Source: an uncultured Thermodesulfobacteriota bacterium (GTDB taxonomy: Bacteria > Desulfobacterota > Desulfarculia > JACQYL01). From it: a stretch of 64,000 bases of DNA. Positions within the stretch are counted from its first letter, which is position 1. Each line of letters opens with the position of its first letter. The DNA is taken from contig CAZQXK010000007.1 of assembly GCA_964597345.1 (NCBI GenBank), positions 6,099-70,098 of the forward strand, given 5' to 3'. The notes under the pieces were generated by a model that was not told the DNA's origin, ran no database searches, and was given only the letters and a program-made list of their open reading frames with translations. A program made the position numbers and the translations under genes. Below are positions 46,130-55,687 of the stretch, one piece after another.

Positions 46130-47236
46130 CTACAAGACGACCGCATCGAGCGGACGTCTTACTGACCGCGGCAGTTCCGGACCGCGGCCGAAACGGACGA
46201 CGAGATCGGGCCTTTGACCGCCGATCTCGAGAAAACCCGCGAACTCCGGCCGAATCGACGACACTTCCACAGGCTGATTCAAATGCGCATGCCGAATCCC
46301 GAGCGCCGTGGCTTGCAGGGCGAAGCGCTCGAAAGCCCGCCCCGCCTCGACCCAGTGCGCCTTGTCATCGCGTTCCGAAACAAAGACGGCGATTCCGGAA
46401 GCGCTGCGGACATGCCTTGCATACTTGTCGTTTTCCGCTCCCTCCGTAAAGAACAGGTCGAACATCCGCCTGCCAAGCCATGTCGGCACGGAGGGATTGC
46501 CTGCGGAACCCGCGAACAGGCCGTCACCGGTTCTTGCGGCATGAGCGCCGTTGAAGCGCACCCACTGTTTGAGTTCATCCACGAACCGGCGGTCCCGCAT
46601 TTGTGACGTGTTTCCCTGAATCACGAATTCTAGAACACGCTCCATGGCTTGCCGCCCGGTGAGCAGGAGAACACTGACGCCATAACCGGCGCCTGCCGTT
46701 TCCAGCAACTTGAGATCCTGCAAGGATATGGGCTTGCCGTCGTACTCGCCGCGTGTCGATTGCCGCAACGGGATGGCTTCAAACAATGGGGAAACAACGG
46801 GTGGCGCTGGCTCCAGGGCGATATGGACGAAGCCGCTATCCGCATTGAAAGACGCCGCCCCTCGAACCCCGCCCGCTGCCGCAGCCTGGATGAAGTTTTC
46901 CGCAGCGCACCCGAGGCTGACAAAGAGGTGATGATCGTCCGGATCCACCACCGGGCAACGACGCTCGAAATCAGGAAGAACGGAAACCATGTCCTCCCCG
47001 ATCCTGAAATTCCAGCACTGCGTGTTGTGGCTGGAAGGCGCAAGCGTCGCATAGCGGACCCATTCAAGCATTGGTAAAGGCGGCGCACCCGTATCGCGCG
47101 CGGTGTGGCGCCACGTCTGTTGGACCCGGGCCTCGTATTGGACGCGGGCATTGCGCGCCGTCAACGCGAACCCTCCCACCGCCACACCGGCGCCCGCTGC
47201 GGCTGCTGTGGCAATGAATTTTCGTCTCGACATCAT
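46130..47236 (-). CDS. Tat-signal nitroreductase-family protein
   Basis: Twin-arginine signal MMSRRKFIATAAAAGAGVAV; SHNTQCW nitroreductase motif. Confidence 0.7.
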   Translation of the reverse strand: MMSRRKFIATAAAAGAGVAVGGFALTARNARVQYEARVQQTWRHTARDTGAPPLPMLEWVRYATLAPSSHNTQCWNFRIGEDMVSVLPDFERRCPVVDPDDHHLFVSLGCAAENFIQAAAAGGVRGAASFNADSGFVHIALEPAPPVVSPLFEAIPLRQSTRGEYDGKPISLQDLKLLETAGAGYGVSVLLLTGRQAMERVLEFVIQGNTSQMRDRRFVDELKQWVRFNGAHAARTGDGLFAGSAGNPSVPTWLGRRMFDLFFTEGAENDKYARHVRSASGIAVFVSERDDKAHWVEAGRAFERFALQATALGIRHAHLNQPVEVSSIRPEFAGFLEIGGQRPDLVVRFGRGPELPRSVRRPLDAVVL

Positions 47237-47339
47237 GGGGATATTCGCTTTGTAGGGCCTAACACTCAGCTTAATCGGCCGGCATCGAGACACCAGCGGA
47301 AAGGCCGGTCCGAGTTGAAGCTGTGGTTACCCGGCTGCT

Positions 47340-47996
47340 TCATGATACAACGCCCGCTGATGTTTTCGGCCTCTTTGACCGTGCCAATACGACCACCCCT
47401 ACTACCACCGCAGCAACGAGACCGAAATCTTGATGAACACCGAGCAGGAACGCGGCTTGCCCACCTACGAAACACCAAAGAACAGGGACGACAAAAGGAC
47501 TGCGCGGATACGGCGGCACAAGAAACGCGAGCAGGCCAATGGTGAATATGGTGGTCGGACACGGAAGTCCAAAAGTAGGCATATGCGGATAAGAGTGCCC
47601 TGCGTACCATGACCATATTGGATAGAGGGCAAGCGCGAACACGACGAGAACACTGCCAACGAACGCGCGTCCACCACCAACCCACGCGAATTGAAGCCGA
47701 CGCCGGACAACCCCTTGCCACACAAATATGAGTGCTCCCACCAGTGACACGCCAGAAAACACATAGGCCAGCGGATTGATCCGCGTAAAGAAGGCAAGAT
47801 GGTAAGCAATCGCGAGCCACGCCCACAGGAAGGCGAGAATTGCCGATACCCCGACGCCAGACCAGCGTCGCGGCCTTAGTACGAGAAAAATTGCGCCAAA
47901 CGCCAACCCAACTAGAAACACCTGGGCGGGCCACAGTGCTTCATTGTATTCCCGGAATATGCCAAAAAAATCTTCAATTGTAAATGGAAGCTGCAT
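47340..47996 (-). CDS. hypothetical polytopic membrane protein
   Basis: MQLPFTIEDFFGIFREYNEALWPAQVF followed by 5-6 hydrophobic helices. Confidence 0.5.
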   Translation of the reverse strand: MQLPFTIEDFFGIFREYNEALWPAQVFLVGLAFGAIFLVLRPRRWSGVGVSAILAFLWAWLAIAYHLAFFTRINPLAYVFSGVSLVGALIFVWQGVVRRRLQFAWVGGGRAFVGSVLVVFALALYPIWSWYAGHSYPHMPTFGLPCPTTIFTIGLLAFLVPPYPRSPFVVPVLWCFVGGQAAFLLGVHQDFGLVAAVVVGVVVLARSKRPKTSAGVVS

Positions 47997-48694
47997 ACGC
48001 CTCCTGACGGCCAACAATGCTTATATGAATTCTTTATAAAATCTATAGCCCACGAAACGCAGTCCGCACCTCGAAATCAGCCGTCTGGCTGCAGGAGGTT
48101 GTATCGTCGATAATGTCTCCAGCGGCTTGATATATAGTTCCGCATAACCTGCCGTGACTCTTCTCTATCGATCCTGCATGGGGCTTCGGACGTCCCGGCC
48201 CTTTCGGTTCCACGCGTGCAGGCACCTGACCGGCTTTTCCGGCATCTTCGCCGCCACGAGAACGGACAGCCTATGAGTACGGCCTCTTATCCAACCCCCC
48301 CTACAACAGCTCGCACGGCGGATTCAAGGTTTTTCTTGCGGAAAACGATCCTGTTCGGGGATACCGCCATTTCAGATGTCCCTCCTCCCCCTCCGATGCA
48401 AACCGGGCGCCCCGTATCTGCTCCTGCTTCGCCCTATCGAGGGCGGGGTACTCCGCAGGAAGCCGAGTGGCAATCCCGCCCGTGAATCTTGCGTGGAATC
48501 CATGAGAATCGGGAGAGTATGGGACATCCATGCACGATTCATGAGGTTACGCAAATGGAACACAACGATCACCGAAAAAGATTATCCTTGGTTCAAAATT
48601 CCCGGGAAGGCGCTTCGCAGCGAAACACAAGCCGCAGTGGGAGAGAAGTGTCGATCATCCTCGCGCCGGTGGATGACCTCGGATTTTCCAGTGG

Positions 48695-49168
48695 TCAGTC
48701 GTCCGCTGAAGAGTCTGGTTCCACGATTTTTTGCATGAGTTCAAACGTGATGCCGTGCTCCAAAAACAGCGGATGCTCGGGTGCGCGTCCCGGTGAAGGT
48801 TTAAATCCAACTTCTCTGAAAAAGTCCGCCGACGTGTTTCGCGCGATGGTATGAATCCTACGGCGCATGTTGGCCGAGGCGATACGTACCAGTTCCGTAA
48901 CCAGTCGGCGACCGACCGCTTTCCCCCGGGCACCGGAAGCGACGGCCAAATGTCTCAGCTCCATCTCGTCGCCGACCGTCGCTATTGGGACCAAGCCGCC
49001 CACGATCCGGCCGTCTTGTTTGGCCGCCAACTCGATTTCCTCGCCGTCGATATGGAACGTACTCCGGATATCACGGGGAAGCCCGAGAGGCCGCCATAGG
49101 ACGCTCCAGAGAAGGTCGTCCAGTTCCGCCGCGTCGGCCGCCGTTTTTACCCTCTCCACAGTGATCAT
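48695..49168 (-). CDS. GNAT family N-acetyltransferase
   Basis: RGKAVGRRLVTELVRIA acetyl-CoA binding motif. Confidence 0.8.
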   Translation of the reverse strand: MITVERVKTAADAAELDDLLWSVLWRPLGLPRDIRSTFHIDGEEIELAAKQDGRIVGGLVPIATVGDEMELRHLAVASGARGKAVGRRLVTELVRIASANMRRRIHTIARNTSADFFREVGFKPSPGRAPEHPLFLEHGITFELMQKIVEPDSSADD

Positions 49169-49174
49169 GTTCCC

Positions 49175-49654
49175 TTACCGTCTGTTCCCCGGACGCAGCG
49201 CCTTCTTCCCGGACCAGTACTTCAGGCGCTCTCCTCCGCCCACATCCAGAACACACTCCTCGAGAACTTCGTAGCCGAGACGTTCATAGAAGTGCTTTGA
49301 CGGCAAAGATAGGCTCAGGCTGACTTCCGGAATCCCCCGCTCCATCGCTTTGTGCTCAAGCTCCGCCATTATGGCTTTTCCATAGCCCCGCCCCTGACGA
49401 TCCGGACGCACAAAAACGCCGAGTATCTCCGAGTTCACCAATGAACCGGTAGCCAGGACAGCGTCGTCGCGCCGTGACAGGAGCACCAGTATGTCCCCGA
49501 TCAGACTTCGCTCCGCGATGTTCCTCTCGGAATGGTGTTCTTTAAAGAAAGCAACGGCGCGGGGAGGGTATACTTTCGAATAAGAAGCATCGATAGTCTC
49601 ACAAATCATACTATGAAGCGCATGCAGATCCGTCCTCTTGAATGCGCGAATCAT
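49175..49654 (-). CDS. GNAT family N-acetyltransferase
   Basis: Starts MIRAFKRTDLHALH; motif QGRGYGKAIMAELEHKA. The track's 31-aa N-terminal extension is encoded by MITE copy 5 and is rejected. Confidence 0.8.
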   Translation of the reverse strand: MIRAFKRTDLHALHSMICETIDASYSKVYPPRAVAFFKEHHSERNIAERSLIGDILVLLSRRDDAVLATGSLVNSEILGVFVRPDRQGRGYGKAIMAELEHKAMERGIPEVSLSLSLPSKHFYERLGYEVLEECVLDVGGGERLKYWSGKKALRPGNRR

Positions 49655-49691
49655 GGTTTTGCCTTCTTTCGTCGCTTTTTGCAGATGATCG

Positions 49692-49791
49692 CAGGCCGTT
49701 GAAAAGCGCGATCCGCCTTCACGGCCAAGGCCCGCCTTGCATCTCATCGTTTTTGACCGGCCCGCCCGCCATAAGCTTTATGAACGGGCCG
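49692..49791 (+). mobile_element. MITE-like repeat, copy 5 (internally deleted, about 100 bp)
   Basis: CAGGCCGTTGAAAAGCGCGATCCGCC ... CATCTCATCGTTTTTGACCGGCCCGCCCGCCATAAGCTTTATGAACGGGCCG. Both TIR regions are present; the central hairpin core is missing. Confidence 0.65.
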
Positions 49792-49825
49792 CCCAACAAC
49801 GTCCCCCCGGAAATAGAACCCCTGT

Positions 49826-51031
49826 CTATTCATGGCGCAACGCTTCGATGGGATCCAGCCGGGCCGCTTTGAGCGCCGGGAAGTAGCCGAAAATCACCCC
49901 GATGGCCGCCGAAAAAAAGAACGCGACCGCCACAATCCCGGCGTTGAAAACGAAAGGCACGCGCAACACGCCGGCAAGCCAGACCGACGAACCGAGGGCC
50001 AGGGCCATGCCGGCCAAGCCGCCCAAGGAAGACAGGACCACCGCCTCCACCAGAAATTGCAGGAGCACTTCCCGTTCGAGAGCGCCGATGGCGAGCCGGA
50101 TACCGATTTCCCGTGTGCGCTCGGTGACCGAAACCAGCATGATATTCATGATGCCGATCCCGCCCACCAGAAGGCTCACCGCGGCCACCGATCCCAGCAG
50201 GGCGGTCAGCACCCTGGTGGTCCCGGTAAGGGTTTTCGCGATCTCCTTCATGTCCATGACATTGAAATTGTCGTCCTCGCTGGGCGACACATGGCGGCGC
50301 TCGCGCATCAGCCGCTCGATTTCCTGCCGGACTCTCTCCGTGGACGCGTTTTCGCGGGCCGAAACCATGATCAGTCCAATGTCCTGATTTCCCGCAATAC
50401 GCCGCTGGAAAGTGCGGAGGGGGATCACCACCACATCGTCCTGATCCGTTCCCATACTGGTCTGACCTTTAGATTCCAACAGGCCGATTACCTCGCACGT
50501 GATCTTTTCCAGACGGATTGTGCTCCCCAGAACGTCCTGACTCCCAAAAAGCCTCCTGCGCACGGTCTCCCCCAAAATGCAGACCGCGGCGCCGGCGCGC
50601 AGCTCGCTGTCGGTGAACAGCCTGCCTGCTTCCAGGGACAAGTTCCGTACCTGGAAATACTCGTTTCGCGTTCCGGTGACCACGGTGGTCCAGTTGGCAT
50701 TGCCGTACACGGCCATAACGGAACGAGACGCGGCGGGGGCCACGGCCGCCACCGAGCGGATCTCCGCGGCGATGGCTTCGGCGTCCTTCGCCTTGAAGAG
50801 TGGAGCGGTGGATGCTTGGCCCGGACCCAAGCGCTTTCCCGGAGTCACCATCAACAGATTACTGCCCAACCCGGCAATCTGATTCGTGATCTGGACGGTG
50901 GCGCCTCCGCCGATGGTGACCATGGTAATCACCGCGCCCACCCCGATCACGATACCCAGCATGGTCAGGAAGGAACGCATCATATTGCGGCGGATCTCCC
51001 GTACGGCCAGTAGAATCGTGTTTCCGATCAC
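49826..51031 (-). CDS. MacB-like ABC transporter permease (FtsX domain)
   Basis: 401 aa, 4 TM with a large periplasmic domain; C-terminal FtsX motifs. Confidence 0.85.
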   Translation of the reverse strand: MIGNTILLAVREIRRNMMRSFLTMLGIVIGVGAVITMVTIGGGATVQITNQIAGLGSNLLMVTPGKRLGPGQASTAPLFKAKDAEAIAAEIRSVAAVAPAASRSVMAVYGNANWTTVVTGTRNEYFQVRNLSLEAGRLFTDSELRAGAAVCILGETVRRRLFGSQDVLGSTIRLEKITCEVIGLLESKGQTSMGTDQDDVVVIPLRTFQRRIAGNQDIGLIMVSARENASTERVRQEIERLMRERRHVSPSEDDNFNVMDMKEIAKTLTGTTRVLTALLGSVAAVSLLVGGIGIMNIMLVSVTERTREIGIRLAIGALEREVLLQFLVEAVVLSSLGGLAGMALALGSSVWLAGVLRVPFVFNAGIVAVAFFFSAAIGVIFGYFPALKAARLDPIEALRHE

Positions 51032-51768
51032 CGGGTTCCCCTTCCATTGTGCTCATCGGAGTCCACCAGACCGTCCATAAAAAGGACGGTGCGCCGGGCA
51101 TAGGCCGCCATGTCCCGCTCATGGGTGATCATGACGATGGTGATTCCGCCGCGGCGGTTCAAATCGATCAGCAACTCCATGATCTCCCTGCTGCGGGCCG
51201 TATCCAGATTGCCCGTGGGTTCGTCCGCCAGCAGCATTGCGGGTCCCGTGACGATGGCCCGGGCGATGGCGACCCGTTGTTGCTGGCCGCCCGAGAGTTC
51301 GCCGGGGGTATGGGTTTCCCATCCGCCGAGCCCCACCGTCTCCAGAGCTTGAAGGGCGCGGGCCCGTCGTTCCCCGGTCGGGGCGCCGCGATACACCAGG
51401 GGCAGTTCGACGTTCTCCAGAGCCGTGGTGCGGTTCAACAGGTTGAAACCCTGGAACACAAACCCCTGGTAATGGCGGCGGAGGAGCGCTCGTTGATTGC
51501 GGGTCAGTCCGCTCACCTCGACCCCCTTGAACCGGTAGGACCCTGCGGTAGGGCTGTCCAGACAACCCAGGATGTTCAGGAACGTGGACTTCCCCGACCC
51601 GCTCGGACCCATCACCGCCAAAAATTCGCCCTCGTTGATGATGAGATCGATTCCGCGCAGCGCCTCTACGGCTCCCTGCCCTTCCCCATAGACTTTGGTC
51701 ACTCCTTTAAACACAATCAGGGGCGACTCGGAGGGATGGTTTGCCGATTCGGGATTGCCCGTTTTCAT
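51028..51768 (-). CDS. ABC transporter ATP-binding protein (MacB/LolD-type)
   Basis: Starts at MKTGNPES; Walker A GPSGSGKST; signature LSGGQQQRVAIARA. Confidence 0.9.
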   Translation of the reverse strand: MKTGNPESANHPSESPLIVFKGVTKVYGEGQGAVEALRGIDLIINEGEFLAVMGPSGSGKSTFLNILGCLDSPTAGSYRFKGVEVSGLTRNQRALLRRHYQGFVFQGFNLLNRTTALENVELPLVYRGAPTGERRARALQALETVGLGGWETHTPGELSGGQQQRVAIARAIVTGPAMLLADEPTGNLDTARSREIMELLIDLNRRGGITIVMITHERDMAAYARRTVLFMDGLVDSDEHNGRGTR

Positions 51769-53051
51769 AGACCGGTCCCCACTGTGTCGATGATCACCGG
51801 CGTCCCGGCTTGGATGTCTCCGGCGGTTATTTCGGTCATAACGCCGTCCGTGGCTCCGATGCCGACAGGGACGGCGGAAGGTTTTCCCTCTTTCAACGTC
51901 CAAACGCGTTGTTCCGGCTTACCGCTTGTCGCCTCCTGCATCGATCTGGACGGCGACGCGGGCGGGCGCGGAAGCAAAGCGCCCACCAGGCCGTCGAACG
52001 ACTTCTCTGCTTGCTGCACCGGCGGGGTAAAGCGCAGGGCGGCGTTGGGAACCAACACCACGTTCTCGACTTTTTTGACCGTGATATCCGCGGTGGCCGT
52101 CATGCCGGGCCGCAGGGAGAGATCATGATTATCCACTTTCAGCACGGTTTCATAGGTTACCACGCCCTCCGCGGTCTTGGAGCCGTAACGGACCTGGGTG
52201 ATCCGCGCCTCGAAGATACGCCCCGGATAGGCGTCTATGCCGAACGTGGCCGTCTGCCCTTCCCTCACTTGACCTACGTCGGCCTCGTCCACATCGACAT
52301 GCAATTCCATCTGGGTCAAGTCTTCGGCCAGGGTGAAGAGCACCGGGGCCTGAAAGGACGCGGCCACGGTCTGGCCGGGTTCGGCGCTGCGGGCCAGGAC
52401 GACGCCGTTGATCGGGGACACGATGACGGACTTGGACAGGTCCGTTTCATGGGCTTCCAGAGTGGCGCGAGCCTGGGAGACCGCCGCTTTGGCGCTGACT
52501 TCATCAGCCCGGGCCCGCTCGAGCGCCGCCTCCGCCGCATCCATTTCGGATTGCGACGGCACTTTGTTCCCGCTTAACGCCCACGCCTTCCGGAGCTGTC
52601 CAAGTTTGCTGCGCATCTCCTTGACGGTGGCCTGGGCCTGCAAGACGGACGCTTCCGCCGATTCCAGGACCGCTTTGGATTGCATCACTTGAGCCTCCAG
52701 CTTCATGGTGTCGAGCGTCGCCAACGCCTGCCCGACCTTCACGTGGTCATTGTGGTCCACGGCCACGGTCTTGATGATGCCGGACAACTCGCTGCTCACA
52801 TCCACCTGGACGGTCGGCTGCAAGGCGCCGGTAGCCGTTACGATGAGTGTGAGATCTCCCGTCCGCGCTTCCCGGGTTTCATAGCGGACTTCCTTCGAGG
52901 CCCCCGTCATGTTCCAGATCACAACCACGGCCGTCACCCCCGCAATGAGAGCGACGAAAATCCATTTCCACGGTTTTTTTCCGTGCTCCGACGACTCCTC
53001 TATGTTCAGGACCCGTGCGACATCGGATACTCCGTCAGAGTTCGACTTCAT
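51765..53051 (-). CDS. efflux membrane fusion protein (HlyD/MacA family)
   Basis: TM anchor, lipoyl/barrel domains, coiled-coil hairpin. Confidence 0.85.
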   Translation of the reverse strand: MKSNSDGVSDVARVLNIEESSEHGKKPWKWIFVALIAGVTAVVVIWNMTGASKEVRYETREARTGDLTLIVTATGALQPTVQVDVSSELSGIIKTVAVDHNDHVKVGQALATLDTMKLEAQVMQSKAVLESAEASVLQAQATVKEMRSKLGQLRKAWALSGNKVPSQSEMDAAEAALERARADEVSAKAAVSQARATLEAHETDLSKSVIVSPINGVVLARSAEPGQTVAASFQAPVLFTLAEDLTQMELHVDVDEADVGQVREGQTATFGIDAYPGRIFEARITQVRYGSKTAEGVVTYETVLKVDNHDLSLRPGMTATADITVKKVENVVLVPNAALRFTPPVQQAEKSFDGLVGALLPRPPASPSRSMQEATSGKPEQRVWTLKEGKPSAVPVGIGATDGVMTEITAGDIQAGTPVIIDTVGTGL

Positions 53052-54526
53052 TTCTCCTCTCCACATGCAAACTGGTCCTGGGCTTCTTGAGCCCAAGACG
53101 TCCATCCGCCGCCCAGGGCCTTGTACAGGCCGATCAAGTTGGAAGCCGCCCTTCCGTCGCTTTGCGCCAGCTGATCCTGAAACGAGAAGAGCGAGCGCTG
53201 GGCATCCAGGACATGGATGAAATCGGTGAGTCCCGCCCGGTACTTTTCCCGTACAAGATCCGTCGCCCGCTGAGCCGCCCGGATCGTCTCGGTCAGGGAC
53301 TCCCTGAGACGCCGCTCCTCGGCGTACGCCACAATGGCGTTTTCCACCTCTTCCAGGGCATTCAATACGGCTGCTTCATAGGCGATCAGGTATTGCTCCT
53401 GCAGAGCCGATTGTACTTCGATATTCCGGCGCACCGCACCGGCGTCGAAAATCTTCCAGGTTAAGCCGGGACCCCCGCCGAGAAACGTGCTCCCGGACGA
53501 AACCAGGCTGCCGGCGGAAAAGGCCTCCAGTCCGATGGATCCGCTCAGTCTTAATTTGGGGTAGAGATCCGCCGCGGCCACACCGATCCTCGCCGTTTGA
53601 GCCGCCAGATCCCGTTCAGCCCGAAGCACATCGGGACGCCGCCGCAAGAGATCCGCAGGGACCCCGACGGCAACCTGCGGTGGAATGTCCGGGACCGGCA
53701 GATACGTCGCCAGTTCCCCATGTACCGCGCCCGGCGCTTCGCCCAGGAGCACGGCAATGCGGTTCATGCCCTGCTCCGCCCCGGCGCGCAGGTTCGGTAT
53801 TTGGGAACGCGTGTTCTCGAGGTTATAGCTGGCCTGCGCCACGTCCAGTTCATCGCCCAATCCCGCTTCGAACAGCCATACGGTCAACCGGTAGGTCTCA
53901 TCCTGAGCCTCCAGATTCGCTTCCGCAACAGCCCGCCGCGCCTGAAAAGTGCGGACTTCCACGTAATTCAGGGCCACTTCGGCGAGCAAGGAAACCAGGA
54001 CGTCGCGCCGTTCCTCCTGCATGGCCCCCAGATCCGCCTCCGCCGCCTCGACGGAGCGTCGGACCCCGCCGAAGATATCCAGCTCCCAGCCGGCATCCAT
54101 GCCGACGGTATAAAGACTGCCGGTCTTACCGCTCCCCGTCTCTTCACTGCCGCGATTCCGGACGGCGGAACCCGTGACGTCCAACGTGGGGAAACGGCCC
54201 GCCTGGGCGGTCCCACGACGAGCCCGCGCCTCACGAACCCGCGCCCCGGCTGTCTTCAAGTCCAGGTTACCCGCCGCCGCGCGTTCCATGAGACGGGAGA
54301 GTGCAGCATCGTCCAGTGTGGTCCACCAGGCCGCCAGGACCTCGGGATTCGTTTCCCGAGCCGTCAGACCTCCCTGGAGGGTCGCGTGCCAGTCTTTGGA
54401 CACCGATGTCCTGGGCGCCGCATAATCCGGGCCCACGGACGCGCACCCCGCGGCCAGTATGACGGCCATCCCCAGTGGGAGCCATGAAACGAATGCAAAG
54501 GAAGTTACGTTACGGGCGAATTCCAT
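53048..54526 (-). CDS. efflux outer membrane factor lipoprotein (TolC/NodT family)
   Basis: Lipobox ILAAGCAS; duplicated TolC repeats. Confidence 0.85.
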   Translation of the reverse strand: MEFARNVTSFAFVSWLPLGMAVILAAGCASVGPDYAAPRTSVSKDWHATLQGGLTARETNPEVLAAWWTTLDDAALSRLMERAAAGNLDLKTAGARVREARARRGTAQAGRFPTLDVTGSAVRNRGSEETGSGKTGSLYTVGMDAGWELDIFGGVRRSVEAAEADLGAMQEERRDVLVSLLAEVALNYVEVRTFQARRAVAEANLEAQDETYRLTVWLFEAGLGDELDVAQASYNLENTRSQIPNLRAGAEQGMNRIAVLLGEAPGAVHGELATYLPVPDIPPQVAVGVPADLLRRRPDVLRAERDLAAQTARIGVAAADLYPKLRLSGSIGLEAFSAGSLVSSGSTFLGGGPGLTWKIFDAGAVRRNIEVQSALQEQYLIAYEAAVLNALEEVENAIVAYAEERRLRESLTETIRAAQRATDLVREKYRAGLTDFIHVLDAQRSLFSFQDQLAQSDGRAASNLIGLYKALGGGWTSWAQEAQDQFACGEEK

Positions 54527-54600
54527 GAAGATATCCTATCGCAGACCGGTCCCTGCCTGCAAAACGGTGTATCAACGGGCTGACAGTCAGCGTTGATCAG

Positions 54601-54762
54601 CAGGCTGTTGAAGAACGCGGTCTGCTTTCACGCCTTTGGCGTGACGCTTCATCCTTCGTCCTTGCGGCGTACGGGTTGTACGCCTCATTCCTCAGGATTC
54701 ACGCGCCTTGCATCTCATCGTTTTTGGACAGCCTGTCCGAAATGCTGTTTTTCAAGGGGCTG
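54601..54762 (+). mobile_element. MITE-like structured repeat, copy 6 (orientation A, 162 bp)
   Basis: CAGGCTGTTGAAGAACGCGGTCTGC ... TTTTTCAAGGGGCTG. Its last about 63 nt encode the final 21 codons and the stop of the TetR gene. Confidence 0.75.
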
Positions 54763-55412
54763 TTAGGGCTCTCTTCGTTCCTTTCGCCATACGCACGCAG
54801 GGCACGCATGCCCCCCAGAGAGAATTGCATGACGTGGTCGGTATAGGCGTCCATATCCTCGATTTCCGGAAGATCGTCTCCGCTCCCCCGCCCCTTTCCA
54901 ACCACCACGGGATTGAGGCACTGGCTGATGATGCTTATTTCGCAAAACCGGGCTCTCAGGTCTGAAACATGCGGGCCGAGCAGTTCACGAACCAGGACCC
55001 GGACCCGGTCTTGCAGGGGCCGGATCACCTCCCGCATAACCTCCTTTAAAAGCCCCGTAGGGGTGGCAAGCTCTTTTTGGACAATGCGAAACTCCCTGTT
55101 GTTTTCGTCCGCAATCCGACGCAGAAGAGCCGCCACCTGTCCCCGCAGACGTTCTTCGGGGGGCGCGTCATGGGGCACGCCGCCGTCCGGTGGATGCGCT
55201 TTTATGGATTCGAGAAAGGAATGCCGCCACGCCTCCCGATACAGGGTTTCCTTGTCTCCGAAGTGGTAATTGACGGCGGCGATGTTCGCTGCGGCTCGTT
55301 CGGAAATTTCGGCAATGGTGGCATCCCGGTATCCTTTCTCCGCGAAGATATCGGCGGCGGCGGCCAGGAGCCTTTTATAGGTTTTCGCGGAACTCGTTCT
55401 TGGGAGTTTCAT
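54699..55412 (-). CDS. TetR/AcrR family transcriptional regulator
   Basis: N-terminal HTH RLLAAAADIFAEKGYRDATIAEISERAAANIAAVNYHF. Confidence 0.85.
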   Translation of the reverse strand: MKLPRTSSAKTYKRLLAAAADIFAEKGYRDATIAEISERAAANIAAVNYHFGDKETLYREAWRHSFLESIKAHPPDGGVPHDAPPEERLRGQVAALLRRIADENNREFRIVQKELATPTGLLKEVMREVIRPLQDRVRVLVRELLGPHVSDLRARFCEISIISQCLNPVVVGKGRGSGDDLPEIEDMDAYTDHVMQFSLGGMRALRAYGERNEESPNSPLKNSISDRLSKNDEMQGA

Positions 55413-55687
55413 TCCGGGTTCTCCGTCGTTTATTTGAATTCATCATTTAAAATAACTATTTCAAATTATCAAGCGGCAAAACGGATCGCCCCACGCCGCA
55501 CCGTATCGGGCGGGAAGAATCGCCCATCTTTACTCACGACACCGACTTTGCTATGATCACCCGTAACGCATTTCAGGAAGCTCCGCCTCCATGGGAAAGA
55601 TGGATTCCCCGGGAAGGCGAACTTCTTACCAAGGCGGATGGGCCGCCGCCGTTTCCGGCGGAGACGGCGGCAGGGCAAGGGGAAGTC

